A stretch of 64,000 bases of DNA from Carcharhinus amblyrhynchos (lineage: Eukaryota): the NCBI GenBank assembly GCA_965287045.1, contig OZ336885.1, positions 62,124,001 to 62,188,000 on the forward strand. The letters are read 5' to 3'. The translations under genes and the position numbers were made by a program. Of this stretch, positions 38,362-50,830 are shown one piece after another. The number at the start of each line of letters is the position of its first letter. Position 1 is the first letter of the stretch. The notes beneath the pieces were generated by a model. It did no database searches. It saw only the letters and a list, made by a program, of their open reading frames with translations, and was not told the origin of the DNA.

Positions 38362-39984
38362 CGATTTTGAATGCCCTCCGAGTGATCAGGTCAAAAGCCA
38401 CGAATGGACCTTACAGATTAAAAAGTAAACCAGAACAGCTGGCACCACAAGCGTCCCAGTGATTATCACGTCCATACAAAATGCATAACCGAGCTACAAG
38501 GAAGTATTTGTCGCCAGACTGCTGGAGGGATTCATGATTCCAGACGTTCTGTAGTCCTCTATATGATTGTTAAGTGATAATCAAGTGATTTCAAATATTT
38601 GGACAATCAATTAAAATACATATTGCATCAACGCTTGTACCAGTGACTGCTGACATTCGTTCTGAATATTGGCCACCGCCCTGAACAAACATGTTCCCTT
38701 GCAGCTCAAACGCTGACATATATACGAAAATGTGGAAATATGTCAAAGTCTGCCCTCCATCAAAAAAATGCAAGAATATTCTAATAAAGCCATTCATTAT
38801 TCATGATTTTCATCATAAGAAGTTCGAATAAATTTCCTTCATCAAAATAACATTCAGAGGGAAATTGAAAGAGTGACTCAAAGCCTGAGCGGCCTTGCTA
38901 ATGCATGCTATCTAAATTATGTTACTCGTGAAAAAGGGAAGAGGAAGCGGTCGCCCCTTTTCTTTGTTAACAGCAAAAGGAACATTACAAAGCATGTGAA
39001 CATTCCGAAACTCTATGGTAGTTTGCGCGTCACTGTAATATTAATTTGCATTCAAGTTTCAATTTAAGCGTCATTTCTTTCTATGAGTTACTTGATTCAC
39101 TACTCCCAGGAAATTAGATGCAGCTTTTGCATCATTACACCAGGATGAGAACGTCTTTTTCTTGTTCCTGCACTAACAAAACACAAACACATACTGAGAA
39201 CAAACAGTTACTGTTCTGAATTTTATATCCGAAGTTAACATTCAAAACCGGAACATTTCACTGGCGTGATCCAAAGAGAGAAATAAAAAACTATTGCCTT
39301 CATGTTTTTTATATGTTTCTGAACAATATCCACAAGTTTCTCTGAAATAGCCATTATTTTTGCATCTAACTAAATTAAATGTTATCATTTCCTATCTCAC
39401 TTCATGCTTCCGCAAATTGGTCATCAACACTAGATGTTTTCTGAGAAATTCAGGAATCTTCCAGTTGAGACATCAAAAGTATACTGCGTTTGGCTTCACT
39501 GTGAAATCGTGGAGAGCAATCGCATGGAGACAAGATGGTATACTCTTCTGTCGTAAAGATTCTGGAATTACTGAATTGGTTCCACAGATTAAACGAATCA
39601 CAACTTATTGTCAAGAATTACGATTACGATAATGGCATCATAAGCTAACACATTGACAAAACCATATCTAAACTGATTAAAATGATGCAATAATAATAAA
39701 TAAGGGTGGATTGGGAAGCACACGTACTCTGGTGACATCCTTCAAGTAGAATTCCAATGTTTGATTGAAAATTTTCATCTCCTATTGATTGTGTTTCGTC
39801 GTTCTTCATTCTTACGTCATCAAGAGACAACATGGCAGCTGTAAAACAAATGCAAAAAATGAGAAATATCCCAATTAAATCTACACATTAGGAAGTGCTT
39901 AAGTGTCTAACAACACGTGAATGTGATATCTGCCTGATCAGTGATTTTTTTTTCAAAAAACGTCATTTTATGCACACAATAGAA

Positions 39985-40085
39985 ATTGATTCGTGCCATG
40001 ATTAATCTTTTGAAGCACTTCATGACAATGGGTGTCAGAGCCACCGGCCGATAGGCATTAAGGCACGCTGCTTGCTTTATCTTAG
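39985..40085 (-). mobile_element. Rex1/Babar-type LINE RT fragment
   Basis: [29 protein letters not shown] is the typical CLNDYRPVALT..MKCFERLV motif. Confidence 0.85.
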
Positions 40086-41222
40086 CACTAAGATGATGGT
40101 CATCTTCTTGAAGCAGATAGCTAATTTCCGGCTGGGTGAATGAGCCGGACTGAATCATTTGGTGATAGGGAGAACACTTGATGATTTATCCCCCACAGCG
40201 GCAACCCTCTTGCTCCTCCTCCCGACCCAATAATAATATATGAAGCAAGTCAGTAACAAGTATATCTCTAAAAGAAATAATCTTCCAGTAATCGATTTAT
40301 CAGGAAATCAGCTGAGACCAGCAACTTTTCTTTTCCAAAAGGAGTGCTTTAATTTCAGTCTTCTTTTTCCCCCAAATGTTCAGCTAGAACTTAATCCCCA
40401 TACCATTTCTCAACACAGGCTTAGTTTGGACCTTGTCTGCCTTTGTCCAGAGCGGCTCCTTAAATTCAACGCTGAGCAATATGTTCCTGTTTTACATCGT
40501 TGTTTGGTAATAGATAGTGAGCTCACTACCTATTTTGTTATGTACAACTCATTAAAAAAAAACCTGATTACTGTTATGCTGACTAAGTTCCAAATGTAGT
40601 TATTGGTTGCCTATCAAAGCTGCACATTGGCTTCTTGAGCGAGAGAAAATAAAATGTTGACCCAAAGCAAAGTCTTTCCAAAGATTTATATAACAACCAA
40701 AACATAAGATCCCACATCGTCAACGGGTCTTGTTTAGCTGTAAAAAGAGGAAAATATTTATAAACGGCTTGTAGGTATGTTTAGTGCCGACAGATTTTTT
40801 TTTTCGAGTGCTTATAAATTCAGTTTTAAGCGATATTAGCACTGAAGGGTAAGTTGTTATAGTCGGCAGTACAAAGGCAGTTGCAGTTCAAAAAATGAGG
40901 TTAAAAAAAAAACGATGGAGCCGTTAATTGTTTGCTGTGATTCATTGAATCACATTAACGAACTGGGAATGTGGTGTCATTTCGGTGGTTATTTGGCGGA
41001 GAACATTGCGGTAAAGAACAAGATCTGGATACACATACTGGTTCATGGCGGAGAGTGTAGTCCAGGGCAAACATCAGTGATAGCTCCGTGAAGGTAATGG
41101 TCGTTTCTCCTCTTGGAAGTCCTTCCATAATACAAGATTGAACTATATATTTACGAATCTCATGGAACGTATATACAGGAGATGTGTTGAAGCAATCTGC
41201 AATGATTAGATTCCGAGTTCAG

Positions 41223-41545
41223 AGGCTCGATTTCACCATCGTGCTGTGCCCATTTTCGGGTACGAAAGAAATGTAAAGTCGGGCGTTAGAGGAGGTGCCA
41301 AATCTCTGCCAGCCTCCGTGCCAGATTCCCCTTCACCAACGCCCAAAACGGGCATAACGATCGTTTACATGGGCTTACATGCTTTTGCATTTAGTTCACC
41401 CGCACCTGTCCATTTGCCACCGCATTTGTCCATCCAGAATCAGCGCGAAACATACATGTTCCATTCTGGCCCGATTCTAGCGTTCCAATTAGTGAGGAGG
41501 TAAGTGCCGATCGCCTCATGTCTGACTGCTTGAGATATGTGGTGC

Positions 41546-41581
<36 letters not shown>

Positions 41582-42186
41582 GTGTGTGTGTGCGTATGTG
41601 TGTGTGTGGGGGGGGGGGAGTGGTGGTGGAGAGGTCGGCGGCGTGGGGAGGGGGCGTTGTTGACCTGAGTACGACGGTTCTCTGCATGTGTGCTATTCGG
41701 CGGGGGGGGGGGGGGGCGGGGGGGAGGTTGCTTAATTTTTTTTGGGGGGGGGTGGTATGGAAAGCGGAAGTGGTGGGGGTGGGGGGTGGTGGTGACTAGC
41801 TCCGCTAATACCCTGCCTGAGGTCCGTGTTGGGAAGGGCGGAGCGGCTCCTGATGGGAGTGCTTGGGTTGTAAGGGAGCCAGTAATGTTATCCGGATGAG
41901 ACAATGTTTGCGAGTGCCAGGGGGAGACATTATCTGTCCGGGAGTGATGTGGCAGGGGAGTACAATGCTACCATTTGTATGTGCATGTCTAGTTGGAGAC
42001 GCTGATCAGGGTCATTTTGTTTCGTGTGCTTCGTACCTCCCTGCAGCCTTCTGCAGCGCGATTCAGACTCCCCTTGATATATCTACACGCTGAATGCGTA
42101 TGCGGCGCTGTCTAAAATAGGGGTCTGAAACAGTCCCAGATTCAAGCCCGTTCAGCAGTTAGAATCAAAAAAGCAAAACAGAGCCC
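41223..42186. mobile_element. Non-autonomous PIF/Harbinger element (MITE-like)
   Basis: Degenerate TIRs aggctcgatttcacc / gcaaaacagagccc, flanks CAG/TAG (3-bp TSD-like), GC-rich interior. Confidence 0.6.
41547..41608. repeat. (TG)n microsatellite followed by G-runs
   Basis: About 30 TG units with CG interruptions, and G tracts to about 41790. Confidence 0.97.
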
Positions 42187-43768
42187 TAGATGTTAAAAAA
42201 GTGATAATCCAAATTTAGATTTGCATTACAATATTTTATGATTCATAACGCTCAATATCATCTTTATTGGGAGGATGTGAAATCCACGGAATCTGTCCCA
42301 ACCGTATTTGCAACTTAACATGCAGCAGATGTGCTGGAATACAGTTTGTCTATTCATTAACATGCAACTTTTGCTAATTATGAACGTTGGATCAGACTGT
42401 ATTTATTGTAAATTCGTTAACAGTTGAGATTTAGTGACTCAATATTTACCCTCCATTAAAAACACGTTGGAATCAAATCGATTTCCACCAAATACTGTGT
42501 GGAGTGGCAACCACCATAAACGTGCACGTAGACTCCTATCAATAATTCTGGAACTCAACATTACTGTCCTAGACACCTGCATTCAAACAATTCTGAAATG
42601 TTTCAATGCCTGTTCTAGCCGTACTTCTGAAGACTTCATTATTTAGGAATAATTTAACATCCATATTTCGTCACCAGCAGTCCGGCTTCGGCAACTCCAT
42701 ATTTAATGAGAAAATGTTTTTAGACATATCAAATGTTATCACGGCATTAGTGAATGAGAGTGAGACAGCTAAATTAGGAGACCAGGTTAGTAACCTGATG
42801 GCAAGTGGACGTATGGCAGTTTGGCAGGTAATACGTAGCAGAATACCATGTGATAATATACCGGTATACATGTTCATGAAAAAGTAAAGAGGTATAGATG
42901 ACAACATGATTGTGACAACAAGATTTAGGTGGATGAGCAGCAATGTGAGTCCACTGTGATTATTGTAACGGGAATAGGGGAAGGCCAATTCAGACTAATC
43001 TTGCTAGACTGGGAAGGTTAATTGGCTGTTTGGTGGAATTGACATCAGAGTGTCATTTGGATTGGGCGATAATGTGCTATTTTTGTAAGAGGACTGCATT
43101 TTGTCTGGCAGGTGGCGGGTGGAAAAGTGTGTCGCCGGGTATGGTTTAACGTTTCTAGGTGGCAACGTGCTTTTGGCACAAAGTGAAAGTTTGGATGTAT
43201 AGTTGGTTAAACGGTTTGATAGGCTGGAAGTGTGGTTCGGACAACACAGTTGAGTTGAGAGGGCAGGAGGAAGACCGGATATCTTTTGCATGGAAGCGGT
43301 GGTTTTCAATAGCCTGGTACGTATCGGATAGTCTAGGACAACTTCACATAGGCAACTCAGGACCCGGTGATGGGTCTTGGGGATGTTGAGCGTTAAATTT
43401 CTCAGGTAGAGCAAATTATCCGTTTTGTGCAAGAAACCAGTTCTACATTCAGTGTTATTGGAAACTGAGCGCCAGCAAATTGTAAATATTCTAGCAGCTG
43501 CGTGATGTGTACATATTTCTCGGATGCATTACATTGGGAAATGCTTTCATGACATTTCAGAACAGTGCCCAGTTATTCATTTTCATAAAATGGAATGGGC
43601 GAACTGGCAATGTCTTCATGATTCTCCAGATCGTGGGGATCAGTGTTGATCACTCATCCAAAACGTCAAAAAAAACCTTAGCTATGTTGGCCCCTGTGGC
43701 ACTCCGTGAACAAACGCGTTTCCCGTTTCTGTACATTAAAATCGATGACATGTTAGAACTAAATCATC

Positions 43769-43867
43769 AGCTCTGATGAAGCGTTCTGCAAACACGAATG
43801 TTAGCTCTATTTCCTCTTCACAGATGCTATCTGATCTGCCGAGATTTCTCAGCGTCTTCAGTTTCTG
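43769..43867 (+). repeat. Penelope pseudo-LTR with decayed hammerhead-ribozyme core
   Basis: agct-CTGATGA-agcgttctgcaaacac-GAATGTT-agct, followed by ctatttcctcttcacagatgctatctgatctgccgagatttctcagc. Confidence 0.6.
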
Positions 43868-45189
43868 AACGAAGTGAAGAACTGGATGCACTTGAAAAAT
43901 TATGGATAACCTTAGTAGGGTAAAACAAAACACAAAATTCATGGCATGATAACCGTGTTATAAAACCTAACTTCTTTTTTTTTCAGTTGTTGCCCATAGC
44001 ACAATATTCACACATGGTCAGCACGAAGTTATCCCAGATTTTACTGATTGCGTGGGACAGCAGAATATTTTAGCTTGCTGCCGTCAGTGTGAACCATTAT
44101 GGACATAAAATAAAAAAAAATCATGCACATTTTGTTTTCTTTGTGAGCTTTGCAATTTGGAGAAAATGCAAATCATCAGTTTATTTTGCAAATCTTTTGT
44201 AAATTTGAAATTCAGATTTACGTCATGATTATTTTTTTTAAAATTGGTAAAACTTCCAAATCTACCCGTAGACTTTTTGATCGTAATTTTTAAAAAAATC
44301 ATAAGACAGGCCCAATGGCGCACCACCATATTTTACACAAATCGTAGCCGATTGTCCACTTACTTCAGTACCACTGATTCGACTTGATTTGCCTCGAGGT
44401 CTTTCTGAAATGTACAATTTAAATGTCAGAAAGAGGACCGGCTACAGATGTTCCGGAAGCAGTATGTTCACGTCCGAGTAACTTGATTCAACAAAGATTC
44501 ACCACGGAAATGTTTTTAGTGTCGCTGATTCTGTTTTGGTATCACTATCTCAGTCGTTACTGACTTCGGCAGGAACATGAAGGAACCAATCAGGAGCTTC
44601 GTATTAGCAGGAGTCTTAGCATGCCTAATGACAATAGTCAATCGAGCCGGTAAATGAATAATTTACTGTGGCGCTTTAAACTGAAGATTTTGAGAATTGC
44701 CTTATAGACGTACCATTCAGTTATTTAATGCTCTCCAGTTCCAGTTCATAGAAAATCAGTCAGTTATTTAGAAACGAAGACGGAATCATTGACACTTTTT
44801 TTTTATTGTACCTATTATCAATTAATTCAGTATGCTCTTGATATTAGTGACAGGACGGGCTGTTGCTTTTGCACTAAGGATATGCAAACATATGGGAAGA
44901 AATATTTCCTATGTAAAATGAACGCATTCTATTCATTGCCAGAGATTCACTGCTTGAATTGTCTCTCCATGAGCTCTTTGTTGGATAAAGATGGGGCTGA
45001 GCGCCGAGATGGGGGCGGGTGGGGGGGGGGGGGGCGGTGATAGAGTAAAATGTTGAGTCCATCACACTCAACATATACGTATTAATATGTACTCAGTGCT
45101 AGGAGCAATACACAATGGAAACTGAACTGGAACATCAACAACACGAGTGCTTAGTTTTGCTGCTATGGGTCTTGAACATGATGCCTTGA

Positions 45190-45360
45190 GATCGAGGATT
45201 GTAACTAATGAGGTTTGAGCTCTGCCAGAGGACTGCTGGTGAAGTATACAGACTGTTCCGATATGTTCGAGGCAAAAATAAACGGGTATATATATACGGA
45301 TATTCGGTTTTTTTTTAATAAGGCATTGAATATATGGACGAAATGGTCTGGATTATATTA
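45190..45360 (+). mobile_element. Degenerate CR1 3' fragment
   Basis: gaggattgtaac...ctctgccagag...ggtgaag...gttcgaggcaaaaataaac resembles RVV..WN.LP..V.A.S..FK..ID. Confidence 0.45.
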
Positions 45361-47059
45361 GCTATTTTAGGACAACGGAGATGCCACTCCAATAGCTTCT
45401 GCTGGTCAAGTCAACAGCCAAGTCTACGATACAAGTTACACTAGTTTGTGAACTAAAAATAGACAAAAAAGCACAAATCAAGTAGGAAGCAAGAAGTAAA
45501 TAAAACAATCCGATGTCCCGATCACTATGTAACTTATTTGAATGTTTCAACCTAAAAATAACTCAAACGATGTTATGCATATCTTGGATTATATTTTCCA
45601 AGCGGATGCTGATTTGATTCATTTAACAACTACATTATATAATTACAGGAATGGAAACAGCATGATCATATTCATTGGAAGAGCGTTGACTATCAAATCT
45701 TGGATTGCGTTTTCATACCGGATGGTGAATGCATTCATTTAAAAACAGCATTAAATAGTTAGACGAATGTAAACAATATGATCAGATTAATTCTAGCAGC
45801 ATTAAACATCAACTAATATTTCTCCGTGATGCCAAAACATAATTGGACATTGTAAACGCAACTTTGTTATTCCAGGGAATGAGTGACTATTGAGAGACTC
45901 TACTGGTGATCAGAGACGGAAATGATAGTCAAGTTTACTCCTGTACATCATACTCCAAACAAACCGTACCCATTCCATGTGCAGCAGCCAGATTTTCAGG
46001 GTTTTTTTTACATCAACGAAGTGGAATGTAGAGAGAATCACTGCACCATTCAGGTACTGATTAAATACACATGATTTTCCACATTTTAAACAAACAAGTC
46101 GGTTTTTTTTGGCTTGATGAAACTCCTTAGGTGTTCAGGCGCATCTCTGTCTGGAAGAGGATTGAGTAAAATAAACACTGATGGCACGGCATTACAAGTT
46201 ACGCCCAGATATTGCCAAATGTTTCAACAAGTGTATGATCTTCACGTTTAATGGTACATCCAACCAATGAGTCTAACATTCCGAGACAAACAATACCTCT
46301 AAGTGGGCATGTGAGAAGAAATGGTTAAATGGAGATGGAAATAATTAACACATTTCTGTTCACAGACGATTAATTTAAACAGTGTTCATGTTAGTTTCTG
46401 AGCAGCTATTCACCTCGCTCACTTGGACAAAGGAATCCAAATGACTGGCCCCAGAAGGGCGCCCAAATACACATCCCAAACAATTAATTTCTCTCCTAAA
46501 GCCGAACTAGCTCGATGTCGATCTCGATCACACACTTCCAAAGGAGCACGACAAAAACACTTGACTACTCACACCTATTCAGAATGTTCCACCCCCGTCT
46601 GACTACTCTTCCCAAAAATAGTACCATGTCTCCAGTACCAACCTACCCACCAAATTCACATCAGCAGTTGCAAACCCCATTCGCTCAGCAAACTATGCGC
46701 CTGTCCCATAAAGCACTGTGGGCACGATTTTACCATTTCTATTTTAATTGATGGGCGGACTTGAGAGGGGGAGTATTTCAGATCCGACTTCTAGACCAGT
46801 TCTGAGGCAACTCCATACATACCCTGCCTGAAAAATAATCCGCGACTATAAAATCACGCTGCACAAGGCTGTGGTCGGCGGTACCGTGGCCGAAACAGTG
46901 CAGGTCTGATAAGCGACTCCAACTGCACATGCGCATTAAAGTGATAAAACGCCGCTACCCTGACATATCCATTCCGGCAAGGTAAAAACTCCCTCGATAC
47001 CAAAATTGCCTCCCATCCCCCGAACAAGACTGGCCCAAATATCTCCCCATCCCTTCACT

Positions 47060-47650
47060 GGCCAGGACGATTGTGGGCCTTCCACCTTCCGGGCGCCGGT
47101 CTCATGCAGAGTGATCCAAACTCAACATGCCCCAATCACCGATTTGAGGCAGAATGACAGTGCAGCCCTCTTCCCCCTACTGTTCTCAGGCACAATGGCA
47201 ATGGACCACATTCCCCCAATCCCCACATCCTACGATCTCAGGCAAAGTGGTAGCGTACTCCCCTTGCACCGACTGCTCTCAAGCAGAGTGATCAACCCTT
47301 CCCCATTCCCTTCACCGAAATCTGCCATAGTGATTCAATCTCCCACACCCTCCCGCCCCGCCCTTCCCGCCCCACAGATCAAAGGCAGATTGGCAGCGGA
47401 ACCCGGTTATCCCACTGAGTTCAGACTTAGTGATCTGCTCTCCCCCTTCACCCCTCTCGCCGTTCTCAGTTATAGTGGCAGCGGGCACCCGTTACCCCAC
47501 TTACCTCAGGCACGGTGATCTGTCCCCTCCATTCCACCCAATGATTTCAGGCAGACTGGCAGTCGATACCACTTTCCCCCATTGGTATCAGGCAGTGTGA
47601 GCCACTCTTCTCACTCCTCCTACACATCTCAGGCAGAGTGAACCCCCATT
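47060..47650 (+). repeat. Degenerate ~40-bp minisatellite inside the Harbinger
   Basis: About 12-14 recurrences of core CTCAGGCAGAGTG separated by C-rich variable segments. Confidence 0.8.
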
Positions 47651-47959
47651 CCCACCAACCTGGACATTCCTGCACAAGGCTCCATATCGTCCTGACACCG
47701 ATGGTTATATGACGCTTGCTCCTCTTTTCCTTGTCTCCAAGTATTGAGGCACTGATACCAGCCAAACATCCCCCCTCACCCCGGTAACCCCAACCCCCCT
47801 ACTGCTTACTTGTCTCCCCCTCAATGCTAACACGCAAACTGCGTATAAATGGTTAGAATGTTGTACCAAACTGCGTGCAGCTGATATGTCTTAACGAGGG
47901 GCATCTCCATAAAAGAAACGGTTGAACAGGCATGCAGCGCAGGAAACAAAATGAACACG

Positions 47960-48520
47960 TGACCAGCCATCCCATTTATATTAGGGAAACTTCTGGAGGT
48001 TCTGGATGTGGCAAAGGCGAGGCGTGACACATTCAAGTCTCCCCCCGCACCCCCCAACCTCAGGAGGAAACAGGCACAGAGAGACTGAAGGCCATGAAGC
48101 CTTGGCGGTTGTTGCTGCCTCGATAAGTGCCATGACACGGTCCTAAACAGAGAAGCAGTGCCTCAAGAAGGCCAATGACATAATCGGACAGCAAGGGACA
48201 TGTCCCTCCAAATCTCCCGAGTTCATCCCATCCTCGGTGCCCTACATGTTCCAGCCTCCAAAGCTTAGCACCTCTTTCCTATCCACCCCCCGCTCCCTCT
48301 CCCCAAAGCACCGCTGTGATTGTCCATTATGGCCGCATCCTGATGTTCTGCAGGGATCACACTATCATTTCTTCCATGGCTCCTTCAGTCTCTACAGGAG
48401 AATGCCGACCATAAAACCAGTGAGGGCGTGAAGAAAGGGGGAGGCTATACAAACCTTTAGCTCCTCACCCCCTTTGTAATAACGGACGCTGGAGCTGTCA
48501 AGGGGATTGGACTGCGGGCT
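47960..48520 (+). pseudogene. Harbinger Myb/SANT-like DNA-binding protein remnant (two exons)
   Basis: LEVLDVAKARRD..., KQCLKKANDI at about 48152; acceptor tctacAG at 48397, then ENADHK.SE..K.GGG...LLTPF...RTLEL. Confidence 0.7.
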
Positions 48521-49979
48521 GTCAGCGACACAATGGTCGCATGAGAGTCAATAAGTGAGCAGCTGCCAGTCCTCCATTTAATTCCAGGCAACTTCTCAGG
48601 GGAACGAGTATGAACTGCGAGGGGCAAGGTTTAAATGACATGTATGAGGCATATTCATTTTCACAGTGTGTGCCTTTCACTCGCTGCGGGGAAGTCCTCA
48701 GGCAAATATGAGATTGACCTGTAGGGGGTCCCTTTACAGTTACGTGAATGTGATGGGAAAAGAGGCATGTGGTCCCCAGAAGCGTTAAGGTGGGGCTTGA
48801 AATCAGATGGCATCTCAAAGTGATCGTCAAGTTACAGCAGGCGACTGGAGAGTCACAGGGAGTCATGACAGAGACACAGTGGGCCATTGCTGAGCGACAG
48901 GCCAGGCATCACGAGATTTAGCGGACCATGGCAGAGAGCCTCAAGAATTTTAAGCGCATCCAGTGGGGCAGTGCTGAGGCCAAACGGGTTATGGCCTCAG
49001 CACTTGAGAATATGTTATATTCACAGATGGCCATGGTTGAGGTCCTGCAGAGCTTGCAAAAAACCCAAAGGGCAGCATTGAGTCACAGCAGGCCATGGAA
49101 GCAGCCCGTGAGAAAGCACACCAGTCGCAGATGGTTATTGTTATTGGGCTGCAGACTGTTGCAATTGCTGCGACGATTGGCAAGTGGCCCCCACTCAACT
49201 CGCCATCGCAGAGGGCTCCACCACAATAGATAAGACTCAGATGACCCTCCCAGACAGGCAGGGACTAGTGACACCAAAGCTTTGGCAGCTCACTGCAGAA
49301 GCACCACTGTCCCATGGAGTGACCCAGGGAGCAGGAAGGACTCGAATGCATGCCTGCTCCTTCATTCGTGACACTGTGGCTGTAACTACACATTGTAATA
49401 CCCCCGCCCAACACCGGCACATCTCCGGGGCAGCAAGATGAGGAGACTGTCATGGAAATGTCACAGACCCTGCAAGATGGTCAGGGCCCTCAAGTTCCAG
49501 AGCCTTCAGAGGACGCCCGCTATGCACATAACAAGAAACGGAGCAAGTTGGCACCTGGTGCCTACCACCTCTGGTGTGCATTTTTGCGAGACTCCAAGAC
49601 GTCCTGGTAAGCCAAGTTAGGACGTTGTGGTTGCGCAATGTTGCATGAGCGAAGGACACAATATAGCTCTTTATGCAGCTTAACGTTGACTGTTCACAAT
49701 TTTTATATCAGAACTTATTATTTAAACACCTTCATTATCATCATTAAAGGTTTCCCCCACCCATCGGTGGCTATTTTTTTCTTCAAATTTGTCTCAAAGA
49801 GGATGATACTACTCGCCTCACACCCGACTTAAACACGATTTCCCTTGCGAAAACAGGTGTCTCTTAATGGTAGAATCGGGACCGATATGTACCAACTCTC
49901 TCACCTATATATTTCACCCGACAACCCAACTCTACCAATGTATCACTGACCAAACGTACGCAAATACATAAATACGCAA

Positions 49980-50055
49980 ACCACGGATGCTATTGAGATG
50001 GTCCAGCAATGTTCAGTCTTTTTTTCCGGATTCCAACATTGGCAATACTTTGTAT
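49980..50055 (+). repeat. Penelope pseudo-LTR fragment
   Basis: ccacggatgct...tccagcaatgttcagtcttttttccggattccaacattggcaatactttg. Confidence 0.5.
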
Positions 50056-50469
50056 ATCAATCAAACAATTGCATTTGCCAGCACCTTCTGTCTGCAGGAG
50101 CCTTTCTGTTTCTGCATGCCCCAATTTATCTACAGTGGAATGACCAACTCCATGGTTAAGATCGTAGCGCAAGTCCAAATTGATATCATGTGGGAACAGT
50201 TCTAACACAATAAAAAATCTGCATTGTTTACAATTTCTCTAAAATACAGATCATGTATTAATAAATAAAGCGCCCAACGTTAAGTTTTAAATAAACAACT
50301 TTGTATCAGCACTCATTATTTGGATCTCCCAAAGCCATAGCAAATACCATTCTTACATGAGTCAAGAGGCTTTATTCTGTCTGGTGGGAAAAAAAGGCAA
50401 TGAAATGTACAATAAGGACTAAACTTGTAAAGAGGCTCCAAGCGTAGAGGGATATCGGCTTCGATACGC

Positions 50470-50830
50470 ATAGGTAATTGAGTTGCCCAAAAATGTTTAA
50501 AGGAATGTTAATAAAACATAATATATCCTCAGCACTATTAATCACAACATAGAGTACAACAGTGATTATGTTATGCTGAGCTTGTATAGGAAAGTATTCC
50601 GACGTCAGCTGAGTGTTGAATATAGTTCTTTTCGACACACTTCGGAAGCATGTAAACGCACGGCAATGGTTCTAGAACATATTTGCAGACGAGGCGATGT
50701 GATGATTAATTTTAGTTGCAAATATACATTGGATAAATTGGGAATTTTTACAGTGCAGAGGAAAAGACAAACGGTGGATCTTATAGAAGTTTTCAAAATG
50801 AAGAGGGGCCTCGTCGCAGTAGGTAAATGG
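50470..50830 (+). mobile_element. Degenerate CR1 fragment
   Basis: MLSLYRKVFRRQL...LDKLGIFTVQRKRQTVDLIEVFKMKRG in ORF 50573. Confidence 0.8.

Larger units (their letters stand above)
1803..39838 (-). pseudogene. Tentative chain of exon-like blocks (unidentified decayed gene or lncRNA)
   Basis: Blocks flanked by pyrimidine-AG and GT signals: 39728-39838, 33535-33668, 30916-31003, 29598-29633, 26557-26640, 20609-20728, 11487-11579, 9841-9964, 8862-8897, 8548-8696, 3915-4011, 3712-3822, 1803-2008. No joined frame is stop-free and no homologue was recognised. Confidence 0.2.
46720..49883. mobile_element. PIF/Harbinger DNA transposon derivative, about 3.2 kb
   Basis: TIRs gggcacgattttaccatt (46720) / aatggtagaatcgggacc (49866-49883); carries a Myb/SANT-like gene remnant. 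No DDE transposase was recognised. Confidence 0.8.

Noticed and set aside
39402-39569. Minus-strand HAIALHDF (SH3-like) / IPESLRQK (Gypsy IN-like) peptide
   Set aside because: The rest of either domain is absent and there is an in-frame stop.
41391-41904. His/Thr-, Pro- and Gly-rich ORFs
   Set aside because: They are translations of the (TG)n microsatellite and G runs.
47006-47518. 170-aa Pro-rich ORF
   Set aside because: It results from the stop-poor C-rich minisatellite.
47060-47650. CRISPR-like repeat/spacer appearance
   Set aside because: The cores are degenerate, the spacers are low-complexity and related, there are no cas genes, and the context is a eukaryotic transposon.
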